64,000 nucleotides of DNA from Epiperipatus broadwayi (GCA_028023455.1 JAQFVV010000003.1:13826001-13890000); one strand, 5' to 3'; positions 23,601-37,956 are shown, counted from the stretch's first letter. Notes: generated by a model not told the origin, from the letters alone. Numbers and translations: made by a program.

Positions 23601-24148
23601 TATTTTCTCATTGTTGGCATAACATATGCAATCTGCATGAATACACACATCATAGGTTAGATGTTGTGATGGCAAGAAAGATGAAGATATTTCTAAGCTT
23701 TAAAACTTAAAAAATTTAATGATATTATTTTATAAATAAGCAAGATTGAATTCTTTACTTAATTGTCTCGCGTACAAATTCATCCCTTTAGTTGTTATTA
23801 CATAGATATAACAAATCAAAACTGACTCTGTTTCTAAAAGAGTAAATTAATTACATTTAAATTATACTTGTGGCATTTTATTCTATATATCTCAATATAC
23901 CAGCATTAATCAAAAATAATCTGTCAGTTATATTTATTGGTCACTATTATATTTCTGATAATGATAAAATAAAAAACTACAATATGACTCTTTCATATTG
24001 TCAATAAAATAAATTTTAAAATGAAAGAAAAATATTAAAAGATATTTCTTCTTAATACCATTAATACAATTAATAATTAAAAGGAAAAAAAATACTTGAA
24101 ACAAAAAAAATAATACTATCTAAGTCACACATACACAAAACTTAATAT

Positions 24149-24381
24149 AATATTTAAATAAATGTTGTGAACATTCCTACAGAAAAGATAGTCTTTATAA
24201 TTTAAACTTTGATTTATTAATGCTTAGCATGCTGCCAATATTTTCACTTTAATTTATTAATGCTTAGCATGTTGTTAATATTTTTTACATATCAAAATCA
24301 TGCTAAGCACTAATAAATCAAAGTTTAAATCATAAAGACTATTATTTCGGTAGGAATGTCCATATTATTTATTTAAATATT
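24149..24381. repeat. Fold-back MITE-like element
   Basis: ~80-bp arms at 24149-24231 and 24298-24381 are reverse complements (ATAGTCTTTAT...TTTAAACTTTGATTTATTA...GCTTAGCATG). Confidence 0.7.
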
Positions 24382-25599
24382 ACAATAATCCAGAAGAGTA
24401 AACAAAAATTGATTATGAATAATTTAATATAAAAATACTAGAGGCACAGCCCCTCTATTGCCTTCACTGGCCAACCCCCCACCAGTGCTAGCTTTGCTTG
24501 TGGAAAATATTTACTTCTAATTCTTCTTTCCATACAATATATTGCATGGAAAATACCTTACACGATTGATGATTGATGATGACTATTAAGCTAATCTGCA
24601 AATTATTTATCTGCACACAGACAATACTTCTAGTACATATGTATAAATTTTTAAAAAATAAATAAATATATATTTGTCAGTATATCTATAGATTCTCAAA
24701 ATCAAATTTGATGATGATGATGATTAAACTTTTTCATTCCTTATGCAATTATTTATTTAAGAGGGTTTTATTATTACTGGGTTTAAACTTAGTTACCTGA
24801 ATTCAGGTTTTCTCTTAAGAAAGACCCTAGACCAATATTATGCCATCCTGGCATTATCATTGGAGTTCCCTCAGTAACAGTATCACATTTCTCAACTTAG
24901 AACATAAGTGCTTAATATAATAGAGCGATCAATATATTTGCCGGGGCCATGAGATTACCGAGAAAATGAGGCACAACCATGAAATAAATTATCATTCATT
25001 TATTTACACATTTTCAGTTCATTTCATAAAAAAAATAATCACATCCACCAATAAATTTATTGAATATCACATGAATGTTAAAGAATAAAAATTAAAGAAT
25101 AATTATCAATATGAGCACCCATCTAAATAATTTATAGCTATAGTTAACGAAATCTTAAGAGATTCGTTAATTAATGATCTGGGGGGGGGGGGAATACAAT
25201 AATAATAATATTATTATTAATGGTTATTAGATACATGTTATATGATTTTACTAGGGATTTCTATTTGTACACGGGGAAATAAAAGAAAATATTTAAATAG
25301 TATAGAGGTCAAGTAATATCGTTGAGTGTTTTTTTTTATGAAATTGTAAAAAGTTTATAGTTAATTTAATAAACATAAAAAGAATAATTTAAAGTAAAAA
25401 ACCTCACTAGATTAGCAACGATTCTACTTACTGAGGCAGTAACATCAAAATGGACACAAAATATTCACACCAATGAATGACATGAGTGCTGAAACGTTCA
25501 CATATGCCCAGGTAGCAAAAAAAAAAAAATGCAGGAACAAACATATAAAGTAGGCAATGAAGCAAATAATAGAAGCAAAAATAAAAACATACAAAGATT

Positions 25600-25910
25600 T
25601 CATTGATCCACAGCAAATGATCTAATCAAATTGGATTTGTTCACTGCAACATCGGACTATGGATTATGAGAGTCAAAAGTCATGGAATGATGATTCATTA
25701 AAAAAGATCTCTGAAGCCTTTAATAGAACGATACCAAAAGAATTATATAATTCATTAAAATGTTTCTTCACTGAAAAATTGATAATCATTGCAATTACAG
25801 ATCATTTTTGTAGCCTATTTAGATTCCTGAAAAAAATACTATTCGATTTACTCTATGGGAATCGATTCATTGTATAACTGATCATCCAAATCCTTGATAC
25901 ATTGTGCTGG
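25600..25910 (+). mobile_element. Gypsy RNase H fragment
   Basis: Frameshifted remnants LFTATSDYGL (DASDYGL-like) and LYGNRFIV.TDH (YLYG.KF...TDH-like). Confidence 0.5.
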
Positions 25911-26052
25911 AATTTAACACACAAGAGTTAAGGGATAGTTTTCAGAAACAAATCAGCATCTTGGATCACTATGCATTAGTAGTAGTAGTAGTAGTAGTTA
26001 ATCCAAGTAGACCCAACATTATAAATGGAACACTGAAGTATACCTATTTAAA

Positions 26053-26308
26053 CTACAAAAATGTCAACTTTGTTAAATTAATGGAGCCATTTGAGTTATT
26101 TCTTCAATTTCAGCCAAACATGCTCCCAAATACACTGTTACCAATATATGAAAACAGTTTCTCTTTTAGAATTAAGCTACCTACAAAAATGCCAACTTTG
26201 CTAAATTAATGGAGCCATTTAAGTTATTTCTTCAATTTCAGCCAAACATGCTCCCAAATACACTGGTACCAATATATGAAAACAGTTTCTCTTTTAGAGT
26301 TAAGCTAC
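26053..26308. repeat. Two-copy 128-bp tandem duplication
   Basis: CTACAAAAATG...TTAAGCTAC at 26053 and 26181, nearly identical. Confidence 0.9.
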
Positions 26309-26309
26309 A

Positions 26310-27670
26310 TAAGAATGTAGAATCAAAAAACATACTCTCTCAAATAACTGACTAGGAGGCAACATTATGTTTGATGATTAAAAGAATAGAGCCTCAGTAT
26401 TATCATTACAAAGAATGTGAACATCTAATCAACATTTATCCTAAAATGCATTGTATCCAATGTAAAATAAAAATGACCTTATTGCATCAGTGTTTGAATA
26501 TAAATAATGACATGTCTGAAAATGCAATAAATAGTATCTCCCAAATTAAAAAAACAGCAGAAGCTGAAAGAGCCGTCAGGTCAACTCAACCATTAAATGA
26601 TGAACCAGAATTACAAATATAGGAAATCTCCCACAATGCTAACACACTCATTCTTGTCAATAATGTAGTTAATTCTGTAAACAATCAGTATCTCAATTTA
26701 ATATTTTAAACAAAACAACTCCAGAGATAATGGAATCACTTTCATAATATAGGCCAATAAAAGGAAATTCAAATGTACCACACAAGTTGATACCCAGTCA
26801 ACCCCGTGTAAGAGAAGAGAGAATAAAGGACAGACAAAAGATGAGGGTAGCACCGATATAGAAGTCAATGGTATAACAGACTTTGCAAAAAACTTTAAAA
26901 CCAATATCAGTAGTGATGATACTAACTCTACAATTCCTGTTGATGAAGACATTTTGTGAAGGAGGTAAGTGGATCATGCTCGAATAGACTGAATAAAGTC
27001 ATAGATTCTCCATTTATAACAAGTAATACTTTAACAGAGAATGTAAGTCAAACAAAAACATTTGATAATTAGAACAGAATAGCATTGAGCTGAGAACATA
27101 ATTAGTTTTCACATTTAACTAACTAAATGTTTATCTCTTGTCAATTGTAATCATGGTGTTTTTATTTTAAGAAGTGGTGGGTTTGATAATACAGTTAAAG
27201 GAAGTTAAAAATAGCATCTTTAAACATTAGGGATCTTTACTCCACTAAGAGAATTTACCAAATGAAATAATGGTACGATATTGCCCATTCGCATCTAACA
27301 GATCTACTGGAAACCAAGATATATAATGGTTCACTTGTTGACCCTTCCATTTACTTTGTAAATAAAGGATTTGGAGCTTTCTATAAATGTTCTAACTCTC
27401 CTTCTGCAGGGATAGGGATTATTATAGATAAACTTAGCTCTTTTAAAATTCAATATATTGATGAACACTTTAATTTCATTGCGACATAAAGCAATGATGC
27501 TAGATGTAATTTTTATTTATATTCCCCCTGGATCTACAATAATGAACTGGTTGATTCTCACATTAAATTCCATGCTTGGCTCCTCCCCCTACCCATGCAT
27601 ACTCGTGGGTGATTTTGAGTGCCATCATGAATCACTAGTATATTTTTTGATCTTGTGCATTGAATCATGA
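26310..27670 (+). mobile_element. 5' fragment of an APE-type (I/R1-group) LINE: ORF1 Cys/His remnant plus endonuclease
   Basis: ORF1-like Cys/His cluster at 26371-26500. APE-like SLNIRDL, LLETK and IFIYIPP...PCILVGDFECHH (GDFNxHH motif) at ~27230-27630. Confidence 0.7.
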
Positions 27671-28479
27671 TTAATTTCTTATCTTATTAGTGTAATATTT
27701 TTTCATAAATGCATTATTCTATTTTTTTGCTAATTATCTTTGTTGATGATTTAATGTGTACATTTAAAAAAATTAAATTGTATTTAACGTATATATATAT
27801 GTGTGTGTGTCTAAAACATAAATATTATATACAGGAAGACTAATATATTTCTATCAAAAGCATTTCATAAAAATTTAATTTTTTGACAGATTAACTACTA
27901 TGCTAGCTTTGCAATTAACGTATATGCAAGAAAAAAAAATCAAAAAGAAACAACAAATCTTTTCTACATCCAAAAAGAAATATTACTTTTAATATTATTT
28001 TTTAATAAAGTTTTCAAGTAAACTAAACATTTACATTTTTTTTACATTGATCCACAAACTTTTAATTTCATCAGAGAAAAAGTTTTTTTTGGCTGAAATT
28101 AAAGGCTCCAAATTCTTTCATATTTGAACAAAATTTCAAAATTCCAAGATAAATATTATATAACAAATGTTAAATAATTTTAAATTTTAAGACTGTGAGT
28201 AGAGATTATTATTGTTCAACAAATCTGATTGCATCTTAGTGTTTAATGCTTGATACAATTGGGAATACTTTTTTTGCAGTTAAAATACTCCAGACAAATT
28301 GATATATTGCACATTTAAGATTATGGGAAAAGCAATTCTGGACGACACAGTAATATCTACTTAGTCATATATTTGTTCTGGGTGATTAAGTGCAGAGGTA
28401 AAATGACAGATTCTGAAACTTAAGTCCATTGGATAGCGCACAACTCTGATGTCTCCAGTGCTTAATCTTCTAATGAATT

Positions 28480-29345
28480 CAACAGCAATTTTTTTTTTCT
28501 ACAATAGTATTATCTAGTCCAAGTTCAAGAAATCATTAGATGCTAACAGATTGTTCATGATAATCCCTATCCAGTGTCTTTCCCTCCAATATCCTGTTTA
28601 TAGTTTCCATCAGTGAGGAACCTTGGATTTGGGAGTAGTGCACCTGGATCTAATGCATCTCTCCAAAACATACCTTTTATTTTTTTGGTTAACTATAAAG
28701 TTATCAGTCCAAACTGAAAACACAAGTGTTTTCAATCCAGCTGCCTGTATACTCATACAGATATTAATCCAATTCAATATCTATTTGTTTTGTTATCCTT
28801 AGTTCCTTAATAATCATAGTCACCATTATCATTTAGCTAGGATTGGTATTAGACCATTAAAACAGTGATCATTTTTTTCCACAATAGTGCCATTTAGTGC
28901 AAGCTCTAATAATCAACAAATTCTAGAAGGTTGAGCATCATAATCCCTATCCAATGCCCTTCCCTCCAATATCCCAACTAGTTTCTAGTTTATGGCTTTC
29001 ATCAATGAGGAGTCTTGCATCTAAGAGGAGTTCACCTGGATCTTTGAAGAAGTGCATTAGATCCAAAAATCCAAGTGCATTGCTCCTAGAACCAAGATTA
29101 TTCATTAACACAAATCGTAAGCTCGAAACTAATCTGGGAATATTGGAAGGGTAACACAAATCATAAGCTCGAAACTAATCTGGGAATATTGGAAGGGAAA
29201 GCATTGGATAAGGATTATGATGAACAATTTTCTAGTATTCACTGATTACTAGAGCTTGCAATAGTTGGCACTACTGACGAAAAAAAATTGCTACTATTTT
29301 AACAGCTTGTGTAAGCATAAAGAAAAAGTGATCATGTGATGTTTT
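28480..29345. mobile_element. Hammerhead repeat family A, locus 3 (tandem minus copies plus inverted plus copy)
   Basis: Minus-strand HHR remnants at 28585-28628 and 28965-29020 (TAATCCCTATCC period 380). The inverted copy from ~29050 has a 46-bp duplication, 29106-29151/29152-29197, carrying AAGCTC-GAAAC-TA-ATC-TGGGA. Confidence 0.8.
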
Positions 29346-29831
29346 GAGCAATGAAGCCATTTAATTATTTTTTTTGTAATCATATATTGAGGAACTACAA
29401 AAACTTTATAAAAGCCTCTTAGCATGATAGTATCACATTCATCTGCTATGCTAATGACATGAATTTTAATCTAATTGATTAAACTTAACTTTCTTCAGAA
29501 TTGAAATACTATTTAACATTAGATGGTACCTGAGAGAAATGAGTAACTAACCATTCTTACAGAGTAAAACAAAAATGGAAAATTGTTCAAATTCTCTTAC
29601 TACCCAGCATCTGGCCAGCATAATGACAATCAACTTTTTCATCATTATGTTATGAAATAATGTTAGAGCATCCATTGTGCTATAGTAGATCATTTAAACC
29701 TGTGTCTTAACAATTTAAACTAAAAAATAAAATAATCATTAATATTTATGAAATTTTTACTAAATATCATTTGCTTATTGATAGTATCTGTATATCACAG
29801 CAATGATTCAAACCAAATGTCTCAATATATA

Positions 29832-31111
29832 CGAGATGTGACAATAAATTCCCAAAATGCATCGTTATAAAAATACACATGTGAAAGTATACATTGGTGA
29901 CTACTATTTCCATCAAGGTAGCTCCCTTATGCATCTATACACTGATTAAAACAGTGTTCCCATTTCTGAAAGCCCACTTGGAACACATTTTCAGGCATAC
30001 AATTGAGCAGGTATCTCACATTCTGTTGAATCTCATTTGTAATAGAATATAGTCCTTTTAGCACAGTTTTTAATTTTGCAAATAACCAAAAATCACAGGG
30101 AGCTAAATCAGATGAATAGGCATGATGGTGTAATTGGGTAATAAATTTTTTGGCCAAAATCTCTCTCACAATGAGTGCATTATGACTTGTCTCATTGCCA
30201 TGATGAATAATATACTTGTCAGGCCTCAATTCGTGTCTTTTTTTCAAACAGAATCTTATAATCTCTGAAGAACTTTTAAATAACACGGTTGGTTGATTGT
30301 TTGTCTCTGTTCAATAAATTCTTGATGGAATATTCCTTTGTGATTAAAAAAAAGACACCAGCATGGTCTTAAATTGTGAGTGTGATATGCATACCATTTT
30401 AGGATGCAGTGAATCTGGGATTTCCATTGCATGCTGATGTTTTATTTCTGGGTCATACTGGAAGCACCAAGTTTCATCAATCATACTTACTCTCAGACGC
30501 AAATGCGTATTTGAAAAAAAGATTGGTTGCAACATCAAACTGATGCTGTTTCTGTTCATTCGCCAAGATCCAAGACACAAGCAGAAATTTCATGCCCAAT
30601 TCTTTATTTAAAATTAGCCTACTGCTCAATCAATCTGAAATTCTTCAGCTACCAATTTCATACTTAATCAGTTGAAGGACTGTATTACATTCTACACTGT
30701 GTTAATATTAAAATCACTGTTGTTTTTGACTGTCCACTTTTGGGATCATTCAATCACATCTTCTCACTCATCTTTGAACCTCTTATGCCACACAAACATA
30801 TTCAATTTCTTCATAGAATCTTCACCATTTGTCACTTGCAACAGTTGCAATGTTTCAATAGCACATTTTCCAATCTTCTAACAAAATTTGATATGTTGCT
30901 CAAAATTTCGATCAGCCATTTTTACGTCAAAATGTATGCACAGATATTTATTATCTTTTCAAAAGCTAACTAAAAACTAGCTCTATCAGCTTAAAATTTG
31001 CATACGTATTAGCTTAAACATGTTCAAACATGAATACTTGTGAGGTTTTGATACAGTTAGGTCATGGGTGACACCACATGACCATTCTGGTAATTAAATT
31101 GTCACATCTCA
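29832..31111 (-). mobile_element. Full-length (1280 bp) degenerate mariner transposon
   Basis: TIRs CGAGATGTGACAAT at 29832 and ATTGTCACATCTCA ending at 31111, with TA on both flanks. Transposase motifs IDETWCFQYDPE, HHGNETSH (HHDNA-like) and AYSSDLAPCDFWLF. Confidence 0.92.
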
Positions 31112-31369
31112 TATATAAACATACATACATAAAAGAACCATAAATAATCAACTTCAAAACAAATGCTATTATATGAGCCCTCCAACAAGAAACAGGAAAA
31201 CCCAAAAAGACATGGCCAGCCATTGAATAATGACAGTTTTAGCAGTTTCTCTTTCTTCTACTTCAACTTACAAAGATCTTGGTTTATTAATTAATATTTG
31301 AAAAACTCAAGTTCTTTATCAGACAATGACAGAAAAAAAAATCCTCAGCAATTTTCAGCTTGGATGGTT

Positions 31370-31900
31370 ATCAACTTGAAAATATAAACCTATTTAAATA
31401 CTTTTTGGCAGTTTTATGAATAGAAAGATGGAAATTTAGATGTTGAACTCCAACACAAACTCCAATATGCTGGTTTTAACAAATTAAAAGACAGAGTATT
31501 TCATCACATGAAAATAACTACTAACTAAGTTAATTATATACAAAGCTGTTATTTTACCTAATTTATTGTATGGAAGTGAAACTTGGGCACCCTATGGGTG
31601 CAAAATAAAGATATTAGAAGAGTTTCATTTAAGGATGTTTCATAAAATTTTAAAAACACAATGTCAAGATGAAAAAACCAATCAATATGTTCTTCAGCTT
31701 GCTAAATACGATATTATTGATTCCCTCAATGTAAAATTACACCTTTGTTGTATTGGACACGTAAATACAATATGTAAAGAAAGACTTTCTAAGAAGATGT
31801 TTTATGGTAAACTTTAGCATTATTTTTATATGAGAGGTAGATCCTATCTACATTATAAGGATAATCTCAAAAATATTCTAAAGAAGTACAAATGTCAATT
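31370..31900 (+). mobile_element. RTE-clade LINE 3' fragment
   Basis: IIYKAVILPNLLYGSETW...LEEFHLRMFHKIL...CIGHVNTICKERLSKKMFYGKL matches the RTE ORF2 C-terminus pattern. Confidence 0.8.
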
Positions 31901-33059
31901 GTTTCCACTGGAAAGTTATGGCAAAGAATATGGACTAAAATATTCTATATGTGGATGTATTTGTAATTCATAGATTTGTTTGAGTCATCACAAAACACAT
32001 TTCTAGAGTAGTTTTTTCCTTTTTCTCTCTCCTTTTTCTTCTTCTTCTGAAGTTGGAATTTCCATACTCATTTTTTGATGGGCTGCTTATTATTATTAAT
32101 ATACTACACTCTAGTTATAAATATTTAAATCACTCAACACAATAAATGGATAAGTAGCTGAGTTAATTATGGTTTGATTATATGAAAAAATTCCTAAGCT
32201 TGCTCAGAAATCGTAAGCTGCTTGAAAAATTGCACAGCTCCACCTTAATTTAAAACTTAGGCTGTGGCCATGTCAGGCAGATACATTACATCACACTACA
32301 TATACATATATATATGTAAAGCAAGAAATGAGTATCTGTTAATTATTAAACTTTAAAAACTACTTTATAAAAATGACTCAAATTATCACATGGCAAAAAC
32401 ACTCTTGTAATATGAATTAATAATTTGATATAACACAGTTTATCTTTTACCTAATTAACACAAAATTAATAATAAAAATCTCTTTTATCATTTCTACTAT
32501 CATCTAATTAATTACTGTCAGAACAGGACATTTTTTCTTACTTATACCCTAGATTAAAAAATGTGGTAATTAAGAGTATCTCTTTCTTTCTATTTAAACT
32601 GTAATTTAATTTTCACTTGTCATAAGAGAATAAAAAATTTGTTTGCTTGTGTTTTTCACTCAAAGTCCCCCCCCCCCCCAATATAAAAATATTCCCTCAG
32701 CTAAATGCAATTTTTATAAGCATACAAAGATCTACAAATTCATTAAATATCTTTATGATATTAAAAAGTTAATTAATGTTTTAGACTGGAGAGTTAAAGG
32801 TCTCAACCAATTCCTATTTGAGAAAATTTCTGAAATAATTCCCCACCCCCTTCAAAATATGATTTATTAATTTTTGAATTTACATGTTATATGTAGTGAT
32901 ATACAAGATTCAAACTATGATTTACAATGCAGAACTTAATTTACTAAGTGAACAGAAAAATCTTGAATTGTATATGCATATATCTTGCCATTCATAGCTT
33001 CTCTCATAGTTTACTAAGTAACCTCTGGCTTTAATGGCAACTAGGTAGATCACAGCTAC

Positions 33060-33840
33060 CAAGAATCACATCATCCCCACCAACCAGAATGAGAAAATGA
33101 AAACCCGTACTAATCCCTGCAGCACCCATGTCCCAGCCCCCCTCCTAAGGACTAGGAATCAGGCCTTGGGGTATTTCCAAAGCTCAGACTCTCTCATCCA
33201 ATGCTCTTACTAATCCCCACAGCATCCAGATTCCCTCCAAAACCCAGGTTTCTGAGACCTTCCAAGCAACAGAACCTACCATCCAGATGGCAGAGATGAG
33301 TGATACAGCAGCCCTGATTTGAAGTTTAAACCATAGTAGAACTCTCTGGCCTGAGTCACCCAAGCATGATATTCTCTCATCTTCACAGCCAAGACAAGCA
33401 ATACTGCAGCACTAATCAAAAATGTAAATCTCACATGTTTATATCATATGCCATCTACAGATTATCACATAGTCTAATAACCAACCTATGAATCATATAG
33501 AGAACAAAGAGACTAAAACCACAATGCATCATATCATCTCCACTGCCCTGAAGATGAGAAAGATGAAACCTGTACTAATCCCCATAGCACTTCACATCCC
33601 AGCCCCCCCCCCCATAAGAACCAGAGTTCAGGCCCCAGGAATCATCCAAAGTTCCAGACTCTCTCATCTGAAGCCCATACTAGAACCCAATACACCCACA
33701 TCCCAGCCCCCCTCCAAGACCAGGAAGCAAGCCCTGTGAGCTCTCCAAGCAACAGACTCAGTCCTCAAAACCGCAAAGAAGAGTGACACAGTAGCCCCAA
33801 TCCAATGTTCAAATCACAGTTGAACTCTTTGAGAACTTTA
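33060..33840. repeat. Diverged C-rich direct repeat dimer (~465 bp period)
   Basis: ATGAGAAA...GTACTAATCCC...TCCCAGCCCCCC...CAGACTCTCTCATC...TCCAAGCAACAGA at 33089 and 33554. Confidence 0.7.
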
Positions 33841-35463
33841 GTTTTGTCCATCAAGTTTCAGCTTCCAGACAGCTTATAAAAAACTAGAAGCCTTAATCCA
33901 TGAGGTTCTTAACTATTGGTAAAAATCAAATGATAAAACTAAAAGCACAATCCATACGATGAGGTACAACTGTTAACAATCCAATGTCATAATAATTGCT
34001 AAATTTAAAATCACAGTGCAAATCTCCAGGATTTCCAATGCCTTGCACAAAAAATTCATCATTACTTTCCAAAATCAAGAACTTTAATGTATAAGTAGTA
34101 ACCAGATGCTTGCATTATGTGTTATACCACAATATAATTCTAAACCTATAGAGCAATCAAAGATGTACATAGAGTAATGTATCTATTAAAATTGCATATT
34201 GAATAGTGTCCATCATGTTTCAGCACCCTGATAACATATGAAAACCAGAAGCACTAATCAATAATATAGCCAAATGTTAAAATTATCTGATTTGTACAGT
34301 TCAGCATTCAAGATAGAAAAAAAGTTTAATATGGAATATAAGGTTGAATAATTAGGCAGCACTTGAAATCAAATGTTCAGATACAATCTAAAACAATTCA
34401 CTATAGTGGAAAAGAATCTCTTTCACAAGTCAAATCTCAGGTCTAAAATGCAAGCACAAAACTGCAATGAATAACGTTGTCATTTTTAACAAATGAATGA
34501 GCCATCCAAATCTGGTAAAAACATTTTAAAACCGTATCAAATGCATGGATAAAAGATAAAGCAACAATTGAAATAAATGATCAGGTACAATGAGAAACAA
34601 TTTACTATTGTGGAAAAATTCTTTCTTTAACAGTAAATATAATAATGTGTTTACCTTATCACTTTAATGCTTGAACAATCCTCAACCTCCAAGATCATAA
34701 TCATAGAATTATTTTTTCCAAAAATTCCTATGGAATAGTGGGTTAGAATATTTGTCTGCTATACTTAATTAGGCTTTTCAGGTACTAAGAAGGCTTAGGA
34801 TTTTTCTTTTAAGGAGTTAGATCATGGCCAATCCAGTAGTGATTTAATATTGGTTAGTAAATGAGTTTCTATTTATTATTACATAGATGTTAAGGGTTAG
34901 TCAGGTAATGCATTTATTGTATAAAAAAAAACAAACATTGTAAGATAATGTGAAATAAGCCAGAATATATTAAGATGCTAGCAAGCAATGCCAAACTACC
35001 AGCAACAATGACAAAATATTATTTCTTTGCTGTACCTATTTTCTAGTTAACTAGTTTTTTTGTAGAGAACTTAATTAAAGCAATGATAAGACATTGAAAA
35101 CAAAGATAATTATAATACTAACAAATAATAATTCAATGAATAATAATATTTATTAAACAATTTACTACTCAGTTAAAGACACTACATAGCTCATGAAACA
35201 AGTAAATATTTCACAATTAATAATTATATACATAAACATAAATAAAATTGAGTTAAGCTATCCCGCATTAATGAAAAAAATAATCTATTCTTAATAGAAT
35301 ATTAAAATGATTAACAAACAGTATATAAATAAAAGTATATAAATAATCTATATATGAAACAAAATTAACATAATATTTTTAAATAAATAAACATTTGTGA
35401 AAATACTTTCAATTTTATAAACATTAATGTAAGCAAACATATTAATATAGCAATTAAAAAATT

Positions 35464-35712
35464 CACAATAAAGTTTAATATTCCTATAGAATTATTAGAA
35501 ATGAAAAAAACTATACTGTTTTTTTTAATTTTTAGTAGAATAAAGCCACAATAAAGTTTAATATTCCTATAGAATTATTAGAAATGAAAAAAACTATACT
35601 GTTTTTTTTAATTTTTAGTAGAATAAAGCCACAATAAAGTTTAATATTCCTATAGAATTATTAGAAATGAAAAAAAACTATACTGTTTTTTTAATTTTTA
35701 GTAGAATAAAGC
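35464..35712. repeat. Three-copy 83-bp tandem repeat
   Basis: CACAATAAAGTTTAATATTCC at 35464, 35547 and 35630, essentially identical. Confidence 0.95.
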
Positions 35713-36623
35713 ATACTAGAATAAAAGTAATTATTTTGAAAACCATTATGATCATCCATTCATTGTAGCTTACATTGAAATACATGTATTTAAGGATAAT
35801 CCATTACAGGCTTACAGTCTAGAATAAAGTTAATATCCAAACAATCATTTAAACAGAAAGAATAAGACACAAAAACAAAAATAAGATTAATCATTGTAAA
35901 TACCAAATTTTAAGGAAAACTAAAACTTTTAAAAGCACAAAATAAAAATGTAAACAAACTTATCCTAATAAGAATTCATAGATCATTGATTTAGGCAAAT
36001 CATATTCAGAATTCCTAAACTCTTGCTTGAATTTTTTTTTTTTTTTTTCTTGAAGCAATTACTATTTTATAGTAAAAACTAAGTGATACTGAAAAACATA
36101 AACAAATTTAGAGTAATAGAAATCACTTCTGCTTTCACCCATGGAATTTTTTTTTTCCTTGATGCTACATTTTAATTCTATTTCTGCTTCATAATAAAAA
36201 TTAAAATCTTATGTTCTAAAAGTATTAACAAAATTAAGCTTCTAGCTTGGAAATATTTTTTTCTTGACACTGGATTCTTACTGTTCCTGTCTGATAGTGA
36301 AAATTAAAATTAATTTTCTAAGAGTATATAAAATAACTACACTTCCACTATTGATTGGAATTTTTTTTTAATATGAATCAGCGTTTTAACTCTGCTTTTC
36401 TGAAAGACACTGAAACATTTTCCACATGCACATCTTACATGACCCAGTGAAGCTTATAATTTTTTATTTGGGAACTTTTTTTTTTTCATGACAATATTAA
36501 TCAGTTTTCTCTGTTTTCTGGGCTTACAACTAAAATTATCATATGTATGCAGCAAAATAATTAACATATATATATATTATATTTTTAACGGTTTATAAAC
36601 AATTACAAACAATCTTAAAGTCT

Positions 36624-36664
36624 GCAGAAGTACTTTCGATTACTTTCTAACCTGCCTCAACTGC
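36624..36664 (-). ncRNA. Hammerhead-like motif with variant core (family E), left arm
   Basis: Minus strand reads GCAG-TTGAGGCA-GGTTA-GAAAG-TAATC-GAAA-GTAC-TT-CTGC. Confidence 0.5.
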
Positions 36665-36701
36665 CATTAAATTCAAAAACCAAAAGCGGAAGCAAACGTC
36701 A

Positions 36702-37316
36702 TCAATTCAAATTCCACGAATCTCGTATTTTAATGTTAGAAGCTTGTCGATTTATTAAATGCGTTTTATTCCTGTTTATAAAAATCGCCTCTTTAATTTT
36801 TCTTTTACTATGGTTTCTCTCTTCATGAAGAATTTTCACATTTTCAAAATTAAATTTAAATTTATATTTACATGTTTTTTCGTGATCAAAGAAAACTGAA
36901 GAAGATATTAAATCACCATTATTTTTATTTTTTACACACTTATATAATAATTCATGTTCCTTCAATCTTTTCTCAATACTGCACCTAGATTCACCTATAT
37001 ATGATAGCATACAATCACAAAAAATTTGATATATGACATTACTTTTTTGCTTGATAGGTATGACGTCCTTAGAATTATTGACTAATTTATTAATATTGTT
37101 TGGAATGTAGAATGAAACATTAAACACATTCTTATATAAATCCTTAAAAAATTTTACTTGTGGATTTGAAATAAATGGAATGGATATCCATTTTTTATTA
37201 TTAATCTTCATTTCTTTTAAATTATCATAATTTTTTTTAAATTGACATAAAGTATTGTTTATTTGTTCCATTTTATAACCAAGGAATTGATTGATGTCGG
37301 TTATAAAATGGAACAA
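36702..37316 (-). CDS. PLE GIY-YIG endonuclease domain (5'-truncated, open 204 aa)
   Basis: KWISIPFI...VIYQIFCDCMLSYIGESRCSIEKRLKEH...DHEK...FENVKILHEE...RKIKEAIFI. The first residues come from the palindrome junction. The plus-strand arm is frameshifted near 37555. Confidence 0.75.
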   Translation of the reverse strand: MFHFITDINQFLGYKMEQINNTLCQFKKNYDNLKEMKINNKKWISIPFISNPQVKFFKDLYKNVFNVSFYIPNNINKLVNNSKDVIPIKQKSNVIYQIFCDCMLSYIGESRCSIEKRLKEHELLYKCVKNKNNGDLISSSVFFDHEKTCKYKFKFNFENVKILHEERNHSKRKIKEAIFINRNKTHLINRQASNIKIRDSWNLN

Positions 37317-37915
37317 ATAAACAATACTTTATGTCAATTTAAAAAAATTTATGATAATTTAAAAGAAATGAAGATTAATAATAAAAAATGGATATCTATT
37401 CCATTTATTTCAAATCCACAAGTAAAATTTTTTAAGGATTTATATAAGAATGTGTTTAATGTTTCATTCTACGTTGCAAACAATATTAATAAATTAGTCA
37501 ATAATTCTAAGGATGTCATACCTGTCAAGCAAAAAAGTAATGTATATATAAGAAATTTTTTGTGATTGTATGCTATCATATATAGGTGAATCTAGGTGCA
37601 GTATTGAGAAAAGATTGAAGGAACATGAATTATTATATAAGCGTGTAAAAAATAAAAATAATGGTGATTTAATATCTTCTTCAGTTTTCTTTGATCACGA
37701 AAAAACATGTAAATATAAATTTAAATTTAATTTTGAAAATGTGAAAATTCTTCATGAAGAGAGAAACCATAGTAAAAGAAAAATTAAAGAGGCAATTTTT
37801 ATAAACAGGAATAAAACGCATTTAATAAATCGACAAGCTTCTAACATTAAAATACGAGATTCGTGGAATTTGAATTGATGACGTTTGCTTCCGCTTTTGG
37901 TTTTTGAATTTAATG

Positions 37916-37956
37916 GCAGTTGAGGCAGGTTAGAAAGTAACCGAAAGTACTTCTGC
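37916..37956 (+). ncRNA. Hammerhead-like motif with variant core (family E), right arm
   Basis: GCAG-TTGAGGCA(37920-37927)-GGTTA-GAAAG-TAACC-GAAA(37943-37946)-GTAC-TT-CTGC. Stems I and II are perfect and stem III is palindromic. It lies ~40 nt after the endonuclease stop codon. Confidence 0.5.

Noticed and set aside
33540-33580. CTGAAGA-TGAGAAAGAT-GAAAC-CT-GTA inside the ~465-bp dimer, resembling an HHR core
   Set aside because: No pairing for stem I or stem II, and the sister copy at ~33085 lacks the core.
35464-35712. Regular repeats (83-bp x3; also the 46-bp and 128-bp pairs) as possible CRISPR arrays
   Set aside because: Head-to-tail duplications with no unique spacers, in a eukaryotic context with no cas genes.
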